Virus record (IMG/VR): IMGVR_UViG_3300043496_000014
Location: 2,245 to 66,244 of that record
Reading direction: 5' to 3' (one strand)
Source: a virus
Lineage: Duplodnaviria; Caudoviricetes
DNA length: 64,000 nucleotides
Shown: positions 57,147 through 64,000 of the stretch, one piece after another
Position numbering within the stretch: position 1 is the first letter of the stretch
Layout of the letters: each line of letters opens with the position of its first letter
Translations under genes and position numbers: made by a program
Notes under the pieces: model-generated
The model's input: the letters and a program-made list of their open reading frames with translations, nothing else
Database searches by the model: none
Told to the model about the DNA's origin: nothing

Positions 57147-59548
57147 GCTATGTTCCTGATGTCTGATGTGTTCTTCAGCTTTGTTGCATGGCCCCATGAT
57201 TTGCCTATGTATTGCTCTGTAGGTATGCATGGGAAGTCTGGTGCTAGTTCAGGGAATGGTGGTGCCTCCATGACATGCTTGATAAGCTGCATAGCCTCGT
57301 ATGCGTGTTTCTTTGATATCTCAAACACTATAGCATCGTGTACGTCAAACAGGATGTATGAGTCCAATGGTTTGAGTAGTGGATGCAGCTTGATAACTGC
57401 ACTCAGTGTCACGTCACCTGCTGTGCTCTGTATAGGGAAGTTTACTGCCTGCTTCAGTATACGTGGGTTAGGTTCCAACATAACAAATCGTCGTTTGCGT
57501 CCAGTAATAGACTGTATCTCACCTGTACGTTCTAGAGTTTGTAGGGTGTTTCGGTACCATGCGTTGTAGCGCGTGTTACTCCTGAAGAATCCATTAATGT
57601 ATGCCTGTGCTTCTGACACACTGATTTGTGCTGTTTGTGATAGTGAGTAAGCCTCCATACCATAGAAGATACCAAACGTCACTACCTTGGCTATACGTCG
57701 CATTTCCTCACGGTAGTTGTCGTCAGCAGCCATCATTGCTCTGGACTTGTGCATCACATTGACTGCTGTTTCTAGGTGGTAATCCTTCTGGAGTGCTTCC
57801 CACATGACAGGATCGTGTGAGTACCCATATGCTGTGTATATTTCTGCACGTGAGTAGTCAGCATACGCTATCAGGTAGTTATCGTTGGTTGGTATGATGG
57901 CTTGACGTAGCTTACCGTACTTGTCAGCTTGATTAGAAGGTCTAGGGATAGTCTGTACAGCAGGCTTAGCATAGGAACGTCTACCTGTAGCTGTACCATG
58001 TAGGTTGATGTCAGGATGTATACGTCCATGTCCAGGAGAATGCTTACTAATGTGACGTACCCAACCGTCCACGTAAATGGAATAGTTGTGCTCCAGGTGT
58101 CTGTACTCTAGCAATGCATCAACAAATGGGTGTCGTCCACTTAGTGTCTCCAGAACAGCCTTTTTCGTAGATGGGCCACCAGACAACCCAATGATGCCGT
58201 ACAACAGCTTGCCTAGCTGTTGCCATGAATTCAAGTTGATTGGGTCGGCATCATTGGGCCATCCTGCATCGTAGGCTATCTGCTGCATACGCTCCTGTTC
58301 GGAGTCCTTTTCATCACCCCATTCCTGTTCTAGCTGTGTCAGCAGGTGTGTGTCCACACGTGCACCACGTGCCTTTACCTCTTTGAGCACGTTGGCAGCA
58401 GGTATCAGGAGATTCGTGTACACACTACGGGTGCCTTCTGACAGTTGCCAGTCACGTAGCTTACCTGTACACAGCCTAGCAGTGTATGCAGCATCCTTAG
58501 CATTGTATTCCATAAGCTGTGCCAAACCTAGTGTGCGTGTATCTTCATAGAATCCTGCACCCTCATACTCTCTGGCTAGTGGCTTCAAGGAATGATACCC
58601 TGGTCGTTCATCACAGGTGTAGGACTGCAATAGGGTATCCTCGTATATCTGTAGCCATACACCCAAATCACGGTGAATGATGGCAGTATCAAACATAGAG
58701 TAGTGGAACGTGTACTGCACATCTTCTGGCCACACACAGCCTTTGAAGACATGTGCTTCACCTACCCATGTACGTACACCATCTGATATGGCTAGACATA
58801 CCAGAGCATCCTTACGTATGTTGATGATGTCCACAAAGCCACTATTGGTTTCTACATCCACAGCTACAGGTATGTTACGAGGAAGGCTGTCTAGTATCTG
58901 CTGTGCTTCCTGTGTGTTGGTGATGGTGTGGTAGGGTACGTGCCACTTGCTACCATCTGTTGGCCATGTGAGTATTTCAGGTATCTTACGTAAGTCACGT
59001 ACGATATCGTATGCTACGTTGGATACACGGTCAGACTCTGTATTGTTAGTGGACATAGTATCGTGGAACAATGCAGCAGGCTGAATCATAGGCATGATCC
59101 AACAGGAATACTGTGGTGACCACAATACGGAACCACGTGCTTGATTGATCGTGTGGTCAGTCCAGTACTGGCATACCTCTGAACCTAACAGGATGATAAG
59201 TTTAGGACGTATGGCCATTATCTCCTGATGCACACGTCCAAAACACTTATTCATATGTGCTCGTGTTATCTTGCCTTCCTGGTACCAACACAGCATGTTC
59301 GTTACATACATGTTGCTACGTGGAAAGCCACACGCATTAGTCAAGTTATTAAACAGCTTACCTGTTGGTCCAGTCAGTGGCTTGCCTGTCTTTAGTTCTT
59401 CCTTACCTGGAGCAACACCAATCACCATGATGCCATGTTGGATGTTACCCATACCCTGTACACATGGTGAATGACACACTGGCCCCAACACCGTGTTGTC
59501 ATCTATGGTCAGTAGTACGGGTGTGGGTGCAATGAGTGCTGCTGTCAT
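57143..59548 (-). CDS. family A DNA polymerase with N-terminal UDG-like domain and 3'-5' exonuclease
   Basis: VIGVAPGKEE...G.TG.L (UDG family 4-like); DVET exonuclease; ADYSRAE; RRIAKVVTFGIFYG; NFPIQS; VHDAI. Confidence 0.95.
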   Translation of the reverse strand: MTAALIAPTPVLLTIDDNTVLGPVCHSPCVQGMGNIQHGIMVIGVAPGKEELKTGKPLTGPTGKLFNNLTNACGFPRSNMYVTNMLCWYQEGKITRAHMNKCFGRVHQEIMAIRPKLIILLGSEVCQYWTDHTINQARGSVLWSPQYSCWIMPMIQPAALFHDTMSTNNTESDRVSNVAYDIVRDLRKIPEILTWPTDGSKWHVPYHTITNTQEAQQILDSLPRNIPVAVDVETNSGFVDIINIRKDALVCLAISDGVRTWVGEAHVFKGCVWPEDVQYTFHYSMFDTAIIHRDLGVWLQIYEDTLLQSYTCDERPGYHSLKPLAREYEGAGFYEDTRTLGLAQLMEYNAKDAAYTARLCTGKLRDWQLSEGTRSVYTNLLIPAANVLKEVKARGARVDTHLLTQLEQEWGDEKDSEQERMQQIAYDAGWPNDADPINLNSWQQLGKLLYGIIGLSGGPSTKKAVLETLSGRHPFVDALLEYRHLEHNYSIYVDGWVRHISKHSPGHGRIHPDINLHGTATGRRSYAKPAVQTIPRPSNQADKYGKLRQAIIPTNDNYLIAYADYSRAEIYTAYGYSHDPVMWEALQKDYHLETAVNVMHKSRAMMAADDNYREEMRRIAKVVTFGIFYGMEAYSLSQTAQISVSEAQAYINGFFRSNTRYNAWYRNTLQTLERTGEIQSITGRKRRFVMLEPNPRILKQAVNFPIQSTAGDVTLSAVIKLHPLLKPLDSYILFDVHDAIVFEISKKHAYEAMQLIKHVMEAPPFPELAPDFPCIPTEQYIGKSWGHATKLKNTSDIRNIA

Positions 59549-59779
59549 GTACCCTCATGCTGTTGGTTGATGCTGCTAGGTATGGCGTATGGGCACCATG
59601 TGTACGCTGCTTCACCTGTACCTATACCGTGGTACCAACGTAGTGTAGCGTTACACAGGGTGCATCGTGCAAACACTCCTGGTGCACATGGTGTAGAACC
59701 TATGTCTACCATTTCATGCCCATGTGACAGAGCTACACTGGTCAGTGCTCGCATTCTACCTAACTCGTGACTGTCCATC

Positions 59780-60070
59780 TCACTCAAACACCATACCTGT
59801 TCCATTGCACTGTGTACAAGTAGCGTGTGGTGCAGGTTGTTGGCAAGGTTGGCCCCAACCTGTACTCTGTACTGGTGTGTACGCTTGGTGCACACACCTA
59901 CCACCCTCGTTAGACTGTAAGCACATGTAGCACGTTGGACGGCCACAAGACTTACACTTGTAGGCCACATTCACATGACACCAGTCACATAGTGTCACGT
60001 TCACAATGAGTGACTGGTGACCGTTAGTAGTGGTGGGCTGAAGGCGTGTGCCTTTTGGGTATGGTGGCAT
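59780..60070 (-). CDS. Cys-rich hypothetical protein
   Basis: Multiple CxxC; C-terminal CTQCNGTG. Confidence 0.55.
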   Translation of the reverse strand: MPPYPKGTRLQPTTTNGHQSLIVNVTLCDWCHVNVAYKCKSCGRPTCYMCLQSNEGGRCVHQAYTPVQSTGWGQPCQQPAPHATCTQCNGTGMVFE

Positions 60071-60078
60071 GGTGTCAG

Positions 60079-60267
60079 CTAACTGGCCATAGCCATGTCA
60101 GCTATCATACGGTCAGTCAGCAAGCCACGTTCACGTAGGTCATTAATAATCAGCATACGGGTGTATAGGCTCATTGACATACCAAGCTTTGGTGCAAGGT
60201 CTTTCACTTGCTGGTACACAGGTGGTTCTAGATTTACCTGTATGTCTTCACTTCTCATTTGTCGCAT
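60079..60267 (-). CDS. RHH/CopG-like regulator
   Basis: IQVNLEPPVYQQVKDLAPKLGMSMSLYTRMLI; AGGAG SD. Confidence 0.75.
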   Translation of the reverse strand: MRQMRSEDIQVNLEPPVYQQVKDLAPKLGMSMSLYTRMLIINDLRERGLLTDRMIADMAMAS

Positions 60268-60271
60268 ATTG

Positions 60272-62728
60272 TTACTCCTGTGGTGGTGGCAGTGTGGGTG
60301 CTGTGTTGGTGGTTGGCATAAATCGCCATACACGTGTCTTCTGGTTGGAATCGAATTTCCATTCTACCAGGAAACGTTGTTTCAAGGCGTCCTGCATGGC
60401 CCACAGCTTACGGCCAAGCTTCACTGAGTTACCGTACTGCTTCGAGAAGCCTACATTAGAACCACCCAGTACGTCAAATATACCCCATAGCTTAGCAGGC
60501 GTCTGGAATACGTCATTACGGTATCTGGTGCTCTGTATGTAGGCTTCTATGATGCTGACCAGCATACCATCCTCATCTAGGACAAAACCTTTTTGCTGGT
60601 CTACTATCTTCTGTATGGCACTGTAGAAGGCAGTTGGGTAGCCTAACGCATTGGCAATACGTTGGCCTATCTCTGAGAAGTCCTGTACACGAAACTGCGC
60701 CACATGTGTTGGTGGTGGTTCGGCTAGTACACGTTGTACATCCCTTGCTATTTGGCCCCAATACTTAGCTCGATTGTCCCTCACATTCTTAATGATGGCT
60801 GTCTCGTTGTGCCAGTTCTCGATACGTTCAAACGTAATCATCAGCAGTCTGTCTACAACGTCTTCCCTACCAAACTTAGGGTTGTGCGCTGTTACACCTA
60901 ACACTGCCTGTAGACGTAGTGTCACTACATCTAGGTCAGTGTACAGTTTACGCTTGGTTATCTCTGATATACCTGCTGCACGTGCAATACGGTCAGGCAA
61001 CCAACGTTCCCATGTATCTACGTTGTCAATGACATGCAGTGGATCAGTAGCCATTGCATAGTCAAAGTCTTGTGGTGTGGTAATGCCAGATACTGCCTTA
61101 TGTGGACCGTAGAGTATGGCGTATACACGCTTAAATAGCGTGGACTTACCACTACCCTTCTGTCCAAATATGGCAAGGATAGGTCTGCTAGAAATAGCCG
61201 TACGCATGAGGATAAAGATAAACCAGGAACGTAGTATAGCCATAGCTTGTTCAGCGTTTACACCTTCATCTGCTAGGTGCTCCATTGACATACCAAACAT
61301 GGCATTAAACCATGTGTCTGTAGTTGAATCGTTGTATTCGGTATCTAGCTCTGGTGTTACTGGGTAATCGTTCCAGAGAAACACTATGTCATTGTACCCA
61401 TTGATTACAGTATCAATGGTGGTAGGTGTTATGCGTAGTATGTCTTTGGTACCAGCATGTAGTAACATGGTAGGTGGTGTATCGGTGTCTATGGACTCTG
61501 GTGTGTAGTGTGACAGAGTTGCCATCTCACCTGTTGCCTGGAGTCCTGCTGTATGGTTAATCAGTGCGTTGACTACGAACAGGTGTTCAGGCTCTGCTGC
61601 ATTTAGACCAAACATCTTGTCTAGCAGTACGTTCAGTTCAGTGGACACATGTGTAATGGGTATAGGCTTACCACTCTCATCTAGTATGTACCAGAGGGAA
61701 CCACCACGTGCATGGATGAATTTACCATGTGTCATCATCTGGTTACGAGCAAGGTCAGCTACTGCTGCACGTCTGTCTGCTAGTGTCTTGTTGGTACGCC
61801 TAGCTGTGTCAATACGTCCACGTATACCAGATGCACCACTTAGTGCTTCACGTTCAGCACGTATGACATCCTTAGCTAGTTCCTGTAGTCCGTTGTATCT
61901 CAGGAACCTAAATTTATTGTTCTTGGAATGGTATGCAATTAAGAACACTTCCTCACGTTGCATACCCACTCTGAAACATTCAGCCATGAGTGACCACAGT
62001 GCAGTACTACGATCAGGTGCTTCATTGTAGTAATGTACGTGCAAGCCTTCACGTATACGGTGCTTGTTGGATTCAAAGAACATGTTAGCATTGTTGTACC
62101 CTGCTGGTACCTGGAGTGCCTGTCTAATCCAGGAGTCATCCACCAGGATAGCCAACGGTTCGGTAACTGATAGTGGAGGGAATGCGTCAAAGTCAGCAGG
62201 TAGATACAGGTTGCTGTTGTAACTATTGACACGCACACGTTCTGGTGGGTTGTACTTCCAATTCTTGGTATTGGGTACACGCATCATGTGTCCCAACGAC
62301 CAACCACTATGGTCAGCTTTGTCAATACCCCATGAAACACGCCTGCTAATCTGTTCCAAGTCTTCAGCAGGTATCCACTGGTTTAGCTTCCAGTACGCCT
62401 GAAACCTGTGGTCTGATGAATTGAGCAACAGACTAGGTGGCAATGGTGCACTACTAGGGATAGCATGGTCTAGGTCAACCTGAATGGTGCACGTATCCAT
62501 AGCAAACTTCTTGTGCGAATCACGTTCAGTAAACAGGTGTGATGAATAGAATACGTTTAGTCCCTCATCTGTTAGTCCCTGTATGAGCAGTGCAGTGGAA
62601 TCAGAATCATCTGGCCATGCACGCCAGTATTGACGCCAACCACTACCATCAGGTAGTGATGAACATATTGGCAACCAACCACCCTTTTCAGCAGTGATGA
62701 CAAAGTGCAGGAAGGCAAGTGTGTCCAT
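60272..62728 (-). CDS. primase (RepB/AEP-like) - helicase fusion
   Basis: VDLD, SS..RFQAYW, MRVPNTKNWKY, DRS; C-terminal GQKGSGKST and IDNVD. Confidence 0.9.
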   Translation of the reverse strand: MDTLAFLHFVITAEKGGWLPICSSLPDGSGWRQYWRAWPDDSDSTALLIQGLTDEGLNVFYSSHLFTERDSHKKFAMDTCTIQVDLDHAIPSSAPLPPSLLLNSSDHRFQAYWKLNQWIPAEDLEQISRRVSWGIDKADHSGWSLGHMMRVPNTKNWKYNPPERVRVNSYNSNLYLPADFDAFPPLSVTEPLAILVDDSWIRQALQVPAGYNNANMFFESNKHRIREGLHVHYYNEAPDRSTALWSLMAECFRVGMQREEVFLIAYHSKNNKFRFLRYNGLQELAKDVIRAEREALSGASGIRGRIDTARRTNKTLADRRAAVADLARNQMMTHGKFIHARGGSLWYILDESGKPIPITHVSTELNVLLDKMFGLNAAEPEHLFVVNALINHTAGLQATGEMATLSHYTPESIDTDTPPTMLLHAGTKDILRITPTTIDTVINGYNDIVFLWNDYPVTPELDTEYNDSTTDTWFNAMFGMSMEHLADEGVNAEQAMAILRSWFIFILMRTAISSRPILAIFGQKGSGKSTLFKRVYAILYGPHKAVSGITTPQDFDYAMATDPLHVIDNVDTWERWLPDRIARAAGISEITKRKLYTDLDVVTLRLQAVLGVTAHNPKFGREDVVDRLLMITFERIENWHNETAIIKNVRDNRAKYWGQIARDVQRVLAEPPPTHVAQFRVQDFSEIGQRIANALGYPTAFYSAIQKIVDQQKGFVLDEDGMLVSIIEAYIQSTRYRNDVFQTPAKLWGIFDVLGGSNVGFSKQYGNSVKLGRKLWAMQDALKQRFLVEWKFDSNQKTRVWRFMPTTNTAPTLPPPQE

Positions 62729-62738
62729 ATGTATACTG

Positions 62739-63005
62739 CTACCGTGCCACGTGCAGTTTGGGACCACGGTTAGGCATGTTTCTGATTACCACTAACCTAC
62801 CATGTTCGTAGTTAGCCGCTGCCACATCTTCCAGTGGCATCGTAGCAGATACAAACACTTCCAGGTGGTAGTACTCTGGTGTGCACCAGCAACACAAGCT
62901 AGGTATGCTCACACTAATACCCTGGTTGTTCATTGGAGGCATGAATGCGTGCCAACAATGTGGCTTGTCTTCTGTACGCATGTGACACAGTGCATTGTCA
63001 GTCAC
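62739..63005 (-). CDS. hypothetical protein
   Basis: AGGAGG SD plus GTG just after the tRNA; HCWH...CCWC. Confidence 0.45.
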   Translation of the reverse strand: MTDNALCHMRTEDKPHCWHAFMPPMNNQGISVSIPSLCCWCTPEYYHLEVFVSATMPLEDVAAANYEHGRLVVIRNMPNRGPKLHVAR

Positions 63006-63021
63006 TGTAGTGTGTGCCTCC

Positions 63022-63097
63022 TGGTGGGCTAGGCGTGAATCGAACACGCGACCATAGTGTTATGAGCACCATGCTCTGACCACTGAGCTACTAGCCC
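63022..63097 (-). tRNA. tRNA with CAT anticodon, most similar to tRNA-Ile2 (lysidine-modified, reads AUA)
   Basis: GGGCTAG-TA-GCTCAGTGGTCAGAGC-A-TGGTG-CTCATAA-CACTA-TGGTC-GCGTG-TTCGATT-CACGC-CTAGCCC-ACCA; 76 nt with encoded CCA; paired 1:72 and no GGG/CCC anticodon stem, so not an initiator. Confidence 0.92.
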
Positions 63098-63356
63098 TTG
63101 TGTGCTACTGATCGTCTTCTGTTGGTGTGGATATGGTTGGGTGTGGTTCTTCTGTTGGTACAATAGTTGGTTTGGGTTTCTTGGTGCTAGGTGGTTGCAT
63201 GTTGTCTTCTTTGGTCTGTGGCTGTGGTTTGCGCATGGTTTACCTCACATGTGGTGCGTGCGTGCTACTGTAGCACAGCAGGGTAGGTGCCTATCAGTGC
63301 ACCAACAGTGGGCAGACTGTTGGTTACAACGAATTACTACAGTAGCACGCATTATC

Positions 63357-63395
63357 TGTACACACAGGTGACGGTTCGTATCACCTGTGTGTACA
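63357..63395 (-). terminator. 15-bp perfect hairpin downstream of the SSB gene (terminator or processing site)
   Basis: TGTACACACAGGTGA/TCACCTGTGTGTACA; no clear U tract. Confidence 0.55.
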
Positions 63396-63411
63396 TTTCA
63401 GTGCGTGCTAG

Positions 63412-63840
63412 CTACACGCTAGGCTGTGCCAGGATGCGATCAATGTTCGTCTGATCCACTTCAGGTTCATTCTCAGAACGACGATACTTACGCACACTGG
63501 TAGTGATCCATGCCTCAGTACCGTGCAGTTCCTTAAACACCTGTTCCATGTCAACGGATGGCTGCACAACTTCCTCTGGATCAGCACCAAACGCTATGGC
63601 AGCATCCACCATGAATGGCACAGCAGTGGGGCTAGCAGACAGGTTCCTGAACGCCTTCTTACCAGCGTACGGTGCACCCTCATCCTCGTGTACGGTCAGT
63701 TCCAACACAAGCATGGGAAACTTGTCTGGTCCACTGGCGTCACGCACACGTGAGTTAGTGAGCACCACGTGGTACTCTCCTGGTTCCAGAGGCTTACGGT
63801 TCTCCATTGCCTCTGCCGCATTAACAACCAAACCAGCCAT
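63412..63840 (-). CDS. DUF669-like single-stranded DNA-binding protein
   Basis: PLEPGEYHV...PMLVLELTV...YAGKKAFRNL; located in the replication module. Confidence 0.75.
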   Translation of the reverse strand: MAGLVVNAAEAMENRKPLEPGEYHVVLTNSRVRDASGPDKFPMLVLELTVHEDEGAPYAGKKAFRNLSASPTAVPFMVDAAIAFGADPEEVVQPSVDMEQVFKELHGTEAWITTSVRKYRRSENEPEVDQTNIDRILAQPSV

Positions 63841-64000
63841 GTTCTCTGTTCCTTGTAGATGTGTGTTGTGTGTGGTCAGTGTCAGTGTCAGTGTAAAGGT
63901 TAGGTGCCAGGAGTTATGCGCACTCCTGGCAATCGCTCCTACACTACGTTGTGTGAAACGGCGGTGCACGTATTCGCATACATACCTTTGCTCTGTTACT

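Noticed and set aside
56652-59548. Group I intron or intein in the polymerase
   Set aside because: The polymerase ORF is continuous with all motifs, and the endonuclease begins at its stop codon
1-64000. Alternative genetic code (stop reassignment)
   Set aside because: Core genes are full length under the standard code and end in TAA, TAG or TGA; no suppressor tRNA
1-64000. Prophage or temperate lifestyle
   Set aside because: No integrase, att site or host genes seen, though part of the genome lies outside the window

Overview
Most of the genome of a tailed dsDNA phage (long non-contractile tail, HK97-fold capsid), probably lytic (no integrase in the window) and probably infecting a monoderm host. 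Chloroflexota is an inference from the lysis module. Layout: (1) 1-24.1 kb, almost all minus strand: an SNF2 helicase, a UvrD helicase, an Rv2179c-like exonuclease and about 60 small ORFs, organised as cassettes behind ~14 near-consensus sigma70 promoters that share an upstream box. This arm also holds a 153-bp AT-rich palindrome (candidate origin) and two structured intergenic RNA candidates. (2) 24.3-54.1 kb, plus strand: terminase, portal-MuF fusion, protease, capsid, tail genes with a GGGAAAG -1 frameshift, a 2792-aa tape measure with two enzymatic domains, three paralogous tail fibre/RBP genes and lysis genes. (3) 54.1-64 kb, minus strand: an atypical ThyX, dCTP deaminase, DUF6378-like protein, RuvC-like resolvase, LAGLIDADG endonuclease, UDG-fused family A DNA polymerase, primase-helicase, a tRNA(CAT) resembling Ile2, and an SSB. 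The most striking unexplained signal is a purine/pyrimidine-alternating composition (apparent dipyrimidine avoidance, seen in hand counts). It favours AUA Ile codons and coincides with the phage's only visible tRNA being the likely AUA decoder. All calls come from reading the sequence and motifs; no searches were run.
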